Made by a program: the position numbers and the translations under genes
From: Candidatus Krumholzibacteriales bacterium
GTDB lineage: Bacteria; Krumholzibacteriota; Krumholzibacteriia; Krumholzibacteriales; WJIX01
Assembly: GCA_046483305.1 (NCBI GenBank)
Contig: JAWODM010000034.1
Span: forward strand, 27,997-91,996
Direction of reading: 5' to 3'
DNA: 64,000 bases
In this document: positions 18,094 through 27,140 of the stretch, in pieces
Numbering within the stretch: the first letter of the stretch is position 1
Layout: each line of letters begins with the position of its first letter
Notes under the pieces: model-generated
The model's input: only the letters and a program-made list of their open reading frames with translations
Database searches by the model: none
Told to the model about the DNA's origin: nothing

Positions 18094-18276
18094 AAAAATA
18101 GCTGATTTCTATTCCAGTTACTTATTTAGAAATATTTCCACAATTATAATATACTTGGATAATGCTTAATATATACATCAATATCGTATAAAAAAAAGGG
18201 TAAAAAAAGTAAACATTTGAACGGAATCATAATTTATGATATAATTAAACCGTTGAATTTTACAGGAGAAGAAAAA

Positions 18277-18348
18277 ATGATAAAAGTCATGATGCACGTC
18301 AACTGTTGTTGTAGTCCCGAAAAATATCCGGGATACGTGTATCGATGA
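18277..18348 (+). CDS. 23-codon leader peptide MIKVMMHVNCCCSPEKYPGYVYR with three consecutive Cys codons, upstream of cysK
   Basis: AGGAGA at 18264-18269, seven nt before the ATG. TGT TGT TGT at 18304-18312. A strong intrinsic terminator follows within 25 nt. Confidence 0.5.
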   Translation: MIKVMMHVNCCCSPEKYPGYVYR

Positions 18349-18372
18349 CCCTTTGAAAATACTGTTATCGAC

Positions 18373-18407
18373 GCGGGGCTCCCGGAATTTTCCGGGAGCC
18401 CTTTTTT
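18373..18407 (+). terminator. rho-independent terminator/attenuator between the Cys leader and cysK
   Basis: 10 bp stem GGGCTCCCGG / CCGGGAGCCC with loop AATTTT, followed by eight T residues (18400-18407). An upstream CCGGGA at 18328-18333 can pair instead with TCCCGG in the 5' arm, a possible antiterminator. Confidence 0.7.
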
Positions 18408-18426
18408 TTAGGGGGAAGAAAGCAGA

Positions 18427-19317
18427 ATGATATACGGAAATATATTGATGAAGGTCGGGAATACCCCGTCGGTAAGGCTTCGGAGTTTTGAGAGGGGCCC
18501 GGATGTGGAGATTTACGCCAAGCTGGAAGGAGAGAACCCCAGCGGTTCAATCAAGGACCGGGTTGCCATCCATATGATAGAGAAGGCGGAATCTCGCGGC
18601 GAGTTGAAGCCGGGAAAGACTATTCTGGAGGCGACCAGCGGGAATATGGGGATATCGCTGGCTATGGTTGGCGCCCGGAGGGGTTATTCAGTGAAAATAA
18701 TAATGTCTGAGAAGGTAAGCAGCGAGAGAGCGGTACTGGTCAGGAGTTACGGAGCGGAGCTGGAGCTGACGGGGGAAAGATCAGGTACCCGGGGTGCTCT
18801 GGAGAGGGCCAGGGAACTTGCTGACAGGTATCCTGACAGATACTGGCTGGCGGACCAGTTCAACAACAGCGATAATACCGAAGCCCATTACCGGACAACC
18901 GCGGCGGAACTTCTCAGGGACATCGGTGATATAGACGGGGTGGTTGCCGGTGTGGGCACCGGCGGCACCCTGGGGGGGATCGCCGCCAGATTCAGGGAGG
19001 ATTCTCCCGATACCAGGATATTCGGTGTTATCCCTCCGAAGGGATACCAGATACAGGGCCTTCAGAATCCCGAAGAGGATTTCAGCGGAGAAATCTTCAG
19101 CTCCGATCTGATGGATGACAGGATATATGTAGATAGAAGGGATGCCTTCAATACGGCTAGAATGATTGCGAGAACAGACGGAATCTTTGTGGGTATGAGT
19201 TCGGGGGCGGCAGTTTTTGCCGCGGTGGAGGCGGCGGAGAGGATAGGAAGGGGAAGAGTAGCGGTAATAATTCCGGACATGGGGGAAAAGTACCTGAGCA
19301 CAGGGCTTTTCGGTTAG
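18427..19317 (+). CDS. cysK: cysteine synthase (O-acetylserine sulfhydrylase, CysK/CysM family)
   Basis: PLP-lysine motif SGSIKDR, glycine-rich GTGGT loop, 296 aa. Confidence 0.85.
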   Translation: MIYGNILMKVGNTPSVRLRSFERGPDVEIYAKLEGENPSGSIKDRVAIHMIEKAESRGELKPGKTILEATSGNMGISLAMVGARRGYSVKIIMSEKVSSERAVLVRSYGAELELTGERSGTRGALERARELADRYPDRYWLADQFNNSDNTEAHYRTTAAELLRDIGDIDGVVAGVGTGGTLGGIAARFREDSPDTRIFGVIPPKGYQIQGLQNPEEDFSGEIFSSDLMDDRIYVDRRDAFNTARMIARTDGIFVGMSSGAAVFAAVEAAERIGRGRVAVIIPDMGEKYLSTGLFG

Positions 19318-19496
19318 GAGGGCCGGTTACAGGGGACGGCCCTCCTGGCGGCTCACTGATTTTCCGCCACAGTAATAAACTGATAATAGTTATACATTTC
19401 TGAGAATTTATATTATACTCAAAAACTGATTATGTTTTTGCCGGGGCGGATAAGGTTCCGCTCCCTGACTGCCCGGTTAAATGAAAGGTTAGATCG

Positions 19497-20468
19497 ATGA
19501 GAGTTCTAATTACCGGTATAACAGGTTTTGCCGGGAGCCACCTGGCCGACCTGTGCCTCGAGAAGGATGATGTCGAGCTTTTCGGAATCATAAGATGGCG
19601 CAGCCGGACTGAAAATATCGAACATATATGGGATCAGCTGGAGCTTCTGGAATGCGATCTGAGGGATGCCAATTCCACCAGGGATGTAATTGAACAGATA
19701 GAACCGGAATATATTTTTCATCTGGCCGCTCAGAGTTTCGTCCCAACCTCCTGGAACGCCCCCAGCGAATCTTTGAGCACCAACATACTGGGCGAACTGA
19801 ATCTTTTCGAAGCGGTCAGGAAAGCGGGGCTGTCATGCAGAATTCAGATCGCCTGTTCCAGCGAGGAATACGGAATGGTGCTGGAAGAAGAAGTCCCCAT
19901 AAAGGAAACCAACCCCCTGCGTCCGCTGAGTCCCTACGGAGTAAGCAAGGTGGGGCAGGACCTGCTCGGGTACCAGTACTATATGAGCTACGGGATGGAG
20001 ATTGTAAGAACCAGGGGGTTCAATCATACCGGGCCGAGAAGAGGGCCGGTATTCGTATGTTCAGACTTCGCCAAGCAGATAACAGAGATAGAATCGGGCA
20101 GGAAGGAACCGGTCATACAGGTGGGAAATCTGGAAGCCAGGCGCGATTTTACCGATGTAAGAGATATGGTCAGGGGTTACTGGCTCTCGCTGGAAAGTGG
20201 CAGGGCCGGCGAAGTTTATAATATCTGCTCAGGCAGGAGCCACAGTATTCAAAGTATCCTGGATAAGCTGATCGAAATAAGCGGGGTAAAGCTGGAGGTG
20301 AGGCAGGATGAGTGCAGGCTGCGGCCCAGCGATGTTCCGCTGCTGGAAGGCGATTACAGTAAGTTCGCGGCGGATACCGGCTGGGAACCGGAGATACCTC
20401 TGGAAGAGACCCTTTCCGATCTCCTTGAATTCTGGCGCCAGAATCCGGACAGGGGTAAATTAATCTGA
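19497..20468 (+). CDS. NAD-dependent sugar-nucleotide dehydratase/reductase (GDP-mannose 4,6-dehydratase or Rmd-like short-chain dehydrogenase/reductase)
   Basis: N-terminal LITGITGFAGSHLAD Rossmann motif typical of Gmd/Rmd-type enzymes; 323 aa. Confidence 0.7.
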   Translation: MRVLITGITGFAGSHLADLCLEKDDVELFGIIRWRSRTENIEHIWDQLELLECDLRDANSTRDVIEQIEPEYIFHLAAQSFVPTSWNAPSESLSTNILGELNLFEAVRKAGLSCRIQIACSSEEYGMVLEEEVPIKETNPLRPLSPYGVSKVGQDLLGYQYYMSYGMEIVRTRGFNHTGPRRGPVFVCSDFAKQITEIESGRKEPVIQVGNLEARRDFTDVRDMVRGYWLSLESGRAGEVYNICSGRSHSIQSILDKLIEISGVKLEVRQDECRLRPSDVPLLEGDYSKFAADTGWEPEIPLEETLSDLLEFWRQNPDRGKLI

Positions 20469-20477
20469 TTATTCATT

Positions 20478-21431
20478 ATGCGAGTTTTAATTACTGGTGC
20501 ATACGGTTTTGTGGGCAGGTATATGGCCCGTGAAATGGCTGAGGCGGGATTCGAAGTCCTGGCAACGGATATCATCGATCCTGATGAGGCGAAGAAGGCT
20601 CTGCCGGAAGGAGCCGCTTACAGAGAATGCAATCTTCTGAGCGGTAATGAAGTGAATGGGCTGCTGGAGGAGCCCCTCCCCGGCCTGGTAATCCATCTCG
20701 CAGCTCTCAGCTCAGGGCGCAAATCGATTTCGGCGCCTCTGGAGACTTTCCGGACCAACATTATCGGATTTGTAAATCTCCTGGAAGGGGTGAGAAGAAG
20801 CGGAGGGGATATCAGAGTACTGGCGGTCGGTTCCGGCGAGGAGTATGGCAGAAAGAGGCCGGGCGAAATGCCGATCAGCGAAGACGCGGCGATAGGACCG
20901 GCAAATCCATACGCTGCCAGCAAGGCGTCCCAGACTATCATCGGACTGCAGTATCACCGGACTTACAATATGGACCTGGTGGCCACCCGGAGTTTCAATC
21001 ATACCGGACCCGGCCAGACCGATACTTTCGTGTTGCCCTCATTCGCCCGAAAATGCGCCGAGATTGCGGCGGGGGCCAGGGAGCCGGTCCTCAGGACCGG
21101 GAATCTCGAGATAGTGCGAGATTTTCTTGATGTCAGGGATGTGGTGAAAGCTTACCGGATGCTTTGTGAGAAAGGCCGTGCCGGAAAGGTATACAATGTA
21201 TGCTCGGGAGAGGGCCTGAAATTGAAAGAAGCACTTGACATAATGGTCGAACAGTTTGATATAGATGTTGATAAGGGTAAGGACCCGGAATTGTACAGGC
21301 CGGCTGATGTGCCCGTATTCGTCGGGGACAACAGCATGCTTTCGGAGGAGACCGGGTGGAAGAGAAACATCACGGCAACGGAGATGCTGTCTGACCTTGT
21401 GGATTACTGGAGAAGCCTTTATGGTGGATAA
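20478..21431 (+). CDS. NAD-dependent epimerase/dehydratase, paralogue of the preceding gene (GDP-6-deoxy-mannose reductase-like)
   Basis: LITGAYGFVGRY motif; collinear similarity to the upstream SDR enzyme (short-chain dehydrogenase/reductase); 317 aa. Confidence 0.7.
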   Translation: MRVLITGAYGFVGRYMAREMAEAGFEVLATDIIDPDEAKKALPEGAAYRECNLLSGNEVNGLLEEPLPGLVIHLAALSSGRKSISAPLETFRTNIIGFVNLLEGVRRSGGDIRVLAVGSGEEYGRKRPGEMPISEDAAIGPANPYAASKASQTIIGLQYHRTYNMDLVATRSFNHTGPGQTDTFVLPSFARKCAEIAAGAREPVLRTGNLEIVRDFLDVRDVVKAYRMLCEKGRAGKVYNVCSGEGLKLKEALDIMVEQFDIDVDKGKDPELYRPADVPVFVGDNSMLSEETGWKRNITATEMLSDLVDYWRSLYGG

Positions 21432-21460
21432 GGTACAGTAGCTTTGAAAGAAAGTGGGAG

Positions 21461-22771
21461 TTGTCAATGCCTGATATATGTATGGTTGGAACAGGTTATG
21501 TAGGGCTGGTGAGCGGCGCCTGCCTGGCTGATTTTGGAAATACAGTCATATGCGTGGATATAAACGAGGACAGAATTTCTCAGATAAAGAACGGCATTAT
21601 ACCGATTTATGAACCGGGGCTCAAGGAGCTGGTAAGCAGAAACAGAGATTCCGGCAGGTTATTTTTTGCCACCGATCTGGAAGAAGGGGTGAGAAAATCG
21701 GATGTTATCTTCTCCGCGGTGGGAACCCCCATGGGGGAAGACGGTTCGGCCGACCTCGGCGCGGTTTTCCGTGTTGCCGCTGATGTGGCCGGCTATATGA
21801 AACAGTACAAGGTGTTCGTTCAGAAGAGTACAGTCCCGGTAGGTACTTCAGAGAAGGTGGGGCAGATTATCAGGGAAAATCTCAAGGGAGATATCGACTT
21901 TGAGAGGGTATCCAACCCGGAATTCCTGAGAGAAGGATCCGCCATTGAGGATTTCATGCGCCCCAATAGAGTTGTTATCGGGGTGGACAGCCCCAGGGCA
22001 AGGGAGATCATGAGAGAGATTTACCGCCCGCTCTACCTGCTGGAAACGCCGGTGGTATTCACTTCGGTCAGAACAGCCGAGCTTATCAAGTACGCCAGCA
22101 ATTCGTTCCTGGCTGTGAAGATATCATTCATAAACGAGATAGCGGACCTCTGTGAGAAACTGGGCGCGGATATCAGCGATGTGGCCAAAGCCATGGGCCT
22201 GGACAGGAGGATCGGGCCCAAATTTCTTCACGCCGGTATCGGTTACGGGGGATCCTGCCTCCCCAAGGACGTGGCAGCCATACTTCATACGGCGGAAACC
22301 CACGGGGTGGACCTCAGGATTATCTCCGGGGCCGACAGGGTCAACAATGCAAGGGTGGACAGGCTGATGGAAAAGGTATACTCCGAATTCCCCGGTATTA
22401 AGGGAATAGATATAGCCCTGCTGGGGCTTTCATTCAAGCCGAACACCGACGATGTGCGCGACGCCCCGTCACTGAGGTTCATAGACCGGGCGCTGGAGGA
22501 GGGAGCGGAGCTGAGAGTTTATGATCCGATCGCCATGGATAACGTCAAGGAGATATACGGTTCGAAGCTCAAATATTTCGATAACGCCTACGGCGCTATC
22601 GAGGGGGCGGAAGCGCTGGTTATAATGACCGAATGGAATGAATTCAGAGTGCTCGATATGGACAGGGTGGAGGAACTGATGAAGGGCAGGGCGATCTTCG
22701 ACTGCCGCAACATATATAAGGACGTCGATCTCGAGAGTAAGGGGTTCTCGTATCATTCGTTCGGCCGCTGA
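21461..22771 (+). CDS. nucleotide-sugar 6-dehydrogenase (UDP-glucose or UDP-ManNAc dehydrogenase family)
   Basis: N-terminal GTGYVGL NAD-binding motif, catalytic GGSCLPKD motif, 436 aa. Confidence 0.85.
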   Translation: MSMPDICMVGTGYVGLVSGACLADFGNTVICVDINEDRISQIKNGIIPIYEPGLKELVSRNRDSGRLFFATDLEEGVRKSDVIFSAVGTPMGEDGSADLGAVFRVAADVAGYMKQYKVFVQKSTVPVGTSEKVGQIIRENLKGDIDFERVSNPEFLREGSAIEDFMRPNRVVIGVDSPRAREIMREIYRPLYLLETPVVFTSVRTAELIKYASNSFLAVKISFINEIADLCEKLGADISDVAKAMGLDRRIGPKFLHAGIGYGGSCLPKDVAAILHTAETHGVDLRIISGADRVNNARVDRLMEKVYSEFPGIKGIDIALLGLSFKPNTDDVRDAPSLRFIDRALEEGAELRVYDPIAMDNVKEIYGSKLKYFDNAYGAIEGAEALVIMTEWNEFRVLDMDRVEELMKGRAIFDCRNIYKDVDLESKGFSYHSFGR

Positions 22772-22855
22772 CCCGCCTGGCCTCCGGTTCCCCTGCCGGA
22801 ACCGGGAGTTTTCTCCCGGCTGTGCGGAAACGCGGTTTGCGAGAGGATGTAACTG

Positions 22856-23884
22856 ATGAGGAAAATTCTGGTCACCGGAGGAGCCGGGTTTATCGGATCC
22901 AATTTCGTTAAAATGATTCTGGAAAGGAAGAGCCGTAACCATGTGATAGTTCTGGATAAACTCACCTACGCCGGGAATATAGATAATCTTGAGGGGTATA
23001 TGAATAATCCCGGGCTTGATTTTGTGAGGGGCGACATCGGAAACGGGCAGCTTCTGGACCTGCTGGTGCCGGGGGTGGATATAATTTATAATTTCGCCGC
23101 TGAAACGCACGTGGACCGTTCCATCCTGGAGGGCGGTTCTTTTGTGAGAACCGACGTGATGGGTACCTTCACGCTTCTTCAGAAAGCCATGGAGCATGAG
23201 GTGCCCCGTTTTGTGCAGGTCTCCACTGACGAAGTATATGGGAGTATTGAAAAGGGAAAGTTCAGGGAAACCGATCCGATAAGGCCTAACAGCCCCTATT
23301 CAGCCTCCAAATCGGGAGCGGATCTGCTGGTAAGGGCCTTCTACAAAACATATGGACTGCCGGTTCTGATAACCAGAAGTTCCAATAATTACGGGCCGTT
23401 CCAGCATCCCGAAAAATTCATTCCGTTGTTTATCACCAATGCTCTTGAGGGCAGGGAACTTCCGCTCTACGGAGACGGCAGGAATGTAAGAGACTGGATC
23501 TATGTTGAGGATAACTGCCGTGCTATCGATCTGGTGGGGAGGAGGGGCAGAATCGGAGAGGTATACAATATCGGCGCCGGCGCGGAGAAGGAGAACCGTT
23601 ATATCGCCGGGAAGATACTGGAACTGACCGGAGCTGATAGCGGACTGCTCAAACTGGTTTCCGACAGGCCGGGACACGACAGAAGGTACGCAATAGACTC
23701 GCGCAAGATTAAATCTCTGGGATGGAAGAACAGGACAGCTTTCCCGGAGGGGCTCGAAAAGACCGTTAAGTGGTACATGAAGAATAAGAGCTGGTGGAAG
23801 AGAATCAAGGAAGGCAGTTTCAGGGACTATTACGACAGAATGTACAGTCAGCGGCTTGAGGAATCTTCTGACGGGAAAGGTTGA
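22856..23884 (+). CDS. rfbB: dTDP-glucose 4,6-dehydratase
   Basis: ILVTGGAGFIGSNF motif and YSASKxxxD catalytic triad region; 342 aa. Confidence 0.85.
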   Translation: MRKILVTGGAGFIGSNFVKMILERKSRNHVIVLDKLTYAGNIDNLEGYMNNPGLDFVRGDIGNGQLLDLLVPGVDIIYNFAAETHVDRSILEGGSFVRTDVMGTFTLLQKAMEHEVPRFVQVSTDEVYGSIEKGKFRETDPIRPNSPYSASKSGADLLVRAFYKTYGLPVLITRSSNNYGPFQHPEKFIPLFITNALEGRELPLYGDGRNVRDWIYVEDNCRAIDLVGRRGRIGEVYNIGAGAEKENRYIAGKILELTGADSGLLKLVSDRPGHDRRYAIDSRKIKSLGWKNRTAFPEGLEKTVKWYMKNKSWWKRIKEGSFRDYYDRMYSQRLEESSDGKG

Positions 23885-24984
23885 TAATGAAAGCGGCAGT
23901 TGTAGTCGGAGCGAGGCCTAATTTCATGAAAGCCGCCCCCCTTATGAGGGAGTTCGGCTCGAGAAGGGGGATCGACGCTTTCCTGGTGCACACCGGCCAG
24001 CACTACGATGAAAATATGTCGAAGGTTTTTTTCGAAGACCTGAATCTGCCCAGGCCGGATATATATCTGGAAATAGGTTCCGGCACTCATGCCGCCCAGA
24101 CTGCCGGGGTTATGGTGGAGTTCGAAAAAGTGGTGGCCCGGAATAATCCCGACCTGATAATAGTGGTGGGCGATGTCAATTCAACCCTGGCCTGCTCTCT
24201 GGTAGGAGCGAAGCAGCATATCCCGGTTGCTCACGTGGAGGCGGGGCTTAGAAGCTTTGACAAGAGAATGCCCGAGGAGATTAACAGAATGGTTACAGAT
24301 ATTATCTCCGATTTCTGTTTTACCACCTCTCCGGAAGCGGAATTCAATCTGAACAGGGAGGGTATCGGGAAGGAGAGGATATTCTTCGTAGGCAATGTAA
24401 TGATAGATTCATTAAAATCTTATATCGAAAAATCGGAACAATCCCGGATTCTGGAAGAGCTGAAACTCAGTAAGGGAAAGTATATACTGGTCACTCTCCA
24501 CCGGCCTTCCAATGTGGACGATCCCGCGCAGTTCAGGTCTCTCTTCGAGGTGCTGGACAGGCTTGCCGAATCTAACCGGGTGGTTTTCCCGATGCATCCC
24601 AGGACACGCAAGGTAATGGATGGGGCGGGGATAAGCCTGGAAGCCGGTTCCGGTTTCAAGGTAATCGAGCCGGTGGGGTACCTCGACTTTCTCAAATGCA
24701 TGAAGTATTCCAGGCTGGTTGTTACCGATTCCGGAGGAATACAGGAAGAGACCACGGTGCTGGGGATACCCTGTTTGACGGTGCGGGATAACACGGAGAG
24801 GCCGATCACCGTCAGGATGGGAACCAACCGGCTGGTAGGAACCAGGGCTGAAGATCTCTACGCCTCCGCACTGGAGGTTCTGGAGGAGGGAGTGGGCGAT
24901 TTCAGTGTGCCTCCTCTGTGGGACGGTATGACAGCCCCGCGGATAGCGGACATAATTGAGAATGCTTTTGACAGCGCCGGGTGA
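23881..24984 (+). CDS. wecB: UDP-N-acetylglucosamine 2-epimerase (non-hydrolysing)
   Basis: GTRPNFMK N-terminus, HVEAGLRS and GNVMIDSL segments typical of WecB/MnaA; 367 aa. Confidence 0.85.
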   Translation: MIMKAAVVVGARPNFMKAAPLMREFGSRRGIDAFLVHTGQHYDENMSKVFFEDLNLPRPDIYLEIGSGTHAAQTAGVMVEFEKVVARNNPDLIIVVGDVNSTLACSLVGAKQHIPVAHVEAGLRSFDKRMPEEINRMVTDIISDFCFTTSPEAEFNLNREGIGKERIFFVGNVMIDSLKSYIEKSEQSRILEELKLSKGKYILVTLHRPSNVDDPAQFRSLFEVLDRLAESNRVVFPMHPRTRKVMDGAGISLEAGSGFKVIEPVGYLDFLKCMKYSRLVVTDSGGIQEETTVLGIPCLTVRDNTERPITVRMGTNRLVGTRAEDLYASALEVLEEGVGDFSVPPLWDGMTAPRIADIIENAFDSAG

Positions 24985-25029
24985 GCCCGGACGCGAAAGG
25001 AACGGCCGAGGGAGGTACCGGCTTAGGAA

Positions 25030-26121
25030 ATGGTTAAGTTGTCTTATTCGGGTATAGTTGTTCCTTTTTGCCTGTCATTCCTGGTCTGTTTTATGATGAC
25101 CCCTCTGGTCAGGAATATAGCGGCCAGGTGGAAGATCTGCGATAAGCCGAATGACAGAGCAAACGGGGATATCGCTCATATAGGAGGGGTTGCCATAGTT
25201 GCCGCCATAGTGGTAGGCCTGGTCCCCGTCTTTCTATTCCTGGTAGAGGAACAGATGCTCCCCAGGGTGTTCTTCCCTGTGCTTATAGTCAGCGGCTTTA
25301 TTATATTCGTGCTGGGGGTGATCGACGATCTGAGGTCCCTGCATTATAAATACAAGCTGGTTCTGCAGCTGGTGGCCTCTGTGATAGTTTCTCTCGGGGG
25401 GATATTTCTCTTCGCCAGTTTTTTCAGCTTCCCCCTGACGATTCATTTCGTGGTGGCAGTATTCATAGCAATCACCCTGTGGATTATGGCGGTCACGAGT
25501 TCCTTTAATCTGATAGACGGGATTGACGGACTGGCAACCGGAATAGCGGTTATCGCCGCCGCGGAGCTGTCAGTGGCCGGTTATTTATTCGATAACGCCG
25601 TGGTACTGTATACATCGGTGGTAGTTCTCGGCGCGTCAGTCGCTTTTCTGAGATACAACTTCCCTCCCGCGATGATATTCATGGGAGATTCCGGCTCTCT
25701 CTTCTTCGGATTGATATTGGGATTGATAACCATATTTACGGTTATTCCGGGAAAAGATATCTTCTACAGAATAGCGGGATGCGTATTCATTCTGAGTATT
25801 CCTCTGACTGACGCAGTCCTGGCATTCCTTCGAAGGGCAATTGAGGGCCGTCCGGTTTTCGAAGCGGATTTGAAGCATCTGCATTATGTCCTGCTGTTCA
25901 AATACGGTTCCATGAGAAAGGTTGATTTTGCCCTGTGGGGGCTCTCGCTGATTCTTGGTATCCTGGGGGTCTGGACCATGACCGGGAGCCTTGCCGCCTT
26001 TATTATCGCGGCCTCCCTGCAGCTGGCGCTGCTTTTCTACTCATTCTACCTTATGACCAATACTCCGGTAACCGCTGAACGGATAAACAGCATCATTGCC
26101 GAATACAGGAAGAGGCAGTGA
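25030..26121 (+). CDS. glycosyltransferase family 4 polyprenyl-phosphate sugar-1-phosphate transferase (WecA/MraY-like)
   Basis: Multi-TM protein with NLIDGIDGLA and MGDSGS motifs; 363 aa. Confidence 0.8.
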   Translation: MVKLSYSGIVVPFCLSFLVCFMMTPLVRNIAARWKICDKPNDRANGDIAHIGGVAIVAAIVVGLVPVFLFLVEEQMLPRVFFPVLIVSGFIIFVLGVIDDLRSLHYKYKLVLQLVASVIVSLGGIFLFASFFSFPLTIHFVVAVFIAITLWIMAVTSSFNLIDGIDGLATGIAVIAAAELSVAGYLFDNAVVLYTSVVVLGASVAFLRYNFPPAMIFMGDSGSLFFGLILGLITIFTVIPGKDIFYRIAGCVFILSIPLTDAVLAFLRRAIEGRPVFEADLKHLHYVLLFKYGSMRKVDFALWGLSLILGILGVWTMTGSLAAFIIAASLQLALLFYSFYLMTNTPVTAERINSIIAEYRKRQ

Positions 26122-26311
26122 ACTTTAAGGAAGAGAGCTGCTGCCGGGCGCCCGTTTATCTTTGCCTTTTGAGAATTTCTGTGATACCTTGACATTAAAA
26201 AATATTGGCGTTCAGCTTTTGAGGAGTTGATCAGAAATAGCATCCAGCGAGTATAGAATAGCGTTCGGGGGTTCAACGGTAAAGGAAGCGGGCTCGGGCC
26301 TGGTCTCTTCC

Positions 26312-27118
26312 ATGCGGGGGGTTATGCCTGACTCGGAATACAGAGAGATAGTAGCTGATGACGAGCGGGAAGCAAACGGTTCCGACCTGAGAGGATATCT
26401 GAGTCTGTTAGAGGATAAGGAACTGGATATATTGATCTGCGACGCCTCTCTGATACCATTTCCGCTCAGCCCGGAGCTTAAGATCGCGGCGGTGCCGGAA
26501 AGGACCAATCCTTTTAATGTATTCATTTCGGAACACGCTTCGATCTTCGAGGATTACCGTGGTGAAATGCCTATCGAGGTATTCAGCCCGGTAATAAAGG
26601 GCCAGCTGATATATCATCATCCGGCATACAAATATGTTGAATGCGACAGGAATTTCTACCACTGCTACCGGAGGATGGTCAATGAGGAGTGCGGGGGGTT
26701 TGTTCTGCCCGCTTTCGTGGTGGAAACCCTGAATCAGCAGGGCAGGGTGGTGGAGGTATTCAGCTCCTCGGTCTGTATGCCGCTCCCCGGGCAGGGAACG
26801 CTGGCTCTGATAACCAGGAAGTCAGACCGGAAGAGCTCGGGGCTCGCCGGGGAGATTAATAACCCGAACCTGTGGCTGGCGCTGAACCTGGAGAGAAAAT
26901 TCGCCGGGAGCGCGGTGTTTGAAAACAGGTGTGTTGGAGCGCTTTGCACCATATCCGGGCTGGCTCTGGATTTCAGCGCCGTTATAGTGAGTCAGGACGG
27001 CTCCGAAAGATTTGAGCGCGCTGTCTCCGGAAAAACGGATGATGGAGAAGATATTATCAGAAAACTGATCGATACTATTTATTCCGCCGGTAGTGAAACC
27101 GGCACCAACTTAGCTTGA
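26312..27118 (+). CDS. hypothetical protein with scattered motifs reminiscent of hydroxymethylbilane synthase (LRGxL...KELDxLIxDAS, LPGQG), not collinear with HemC
   Basis: Only short motif-level resemblance. The N-terminal HemC region is absent. The start is uncertain. Confidence 0.3.
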   Translation: MRGVMPDSEYREIVADDEREANGSDLRGYLSLLEDKELDILICDASLIPFPLSPELKIAAVPERTNPFNVFISEHASIFEDYRGEMPIEVFSPVIKGQLIYHHPAYKYVECDRNFYHCYRRMVNEECGGFVLPAFVVETLNQQGRVVEVFSSSVCMPLPGQGTLALITRKSDRKSSGLAGEINNPNLWLALNLERKFAGSAVFENRCVGALCTISGLALDFSAVIVSQDGSERFERAVSGKTDDGEDIIRKLIDTIYSAGSETGTNLA

Positions 27119-27140
27119 AACCTAATGGAGAATACGCTAT

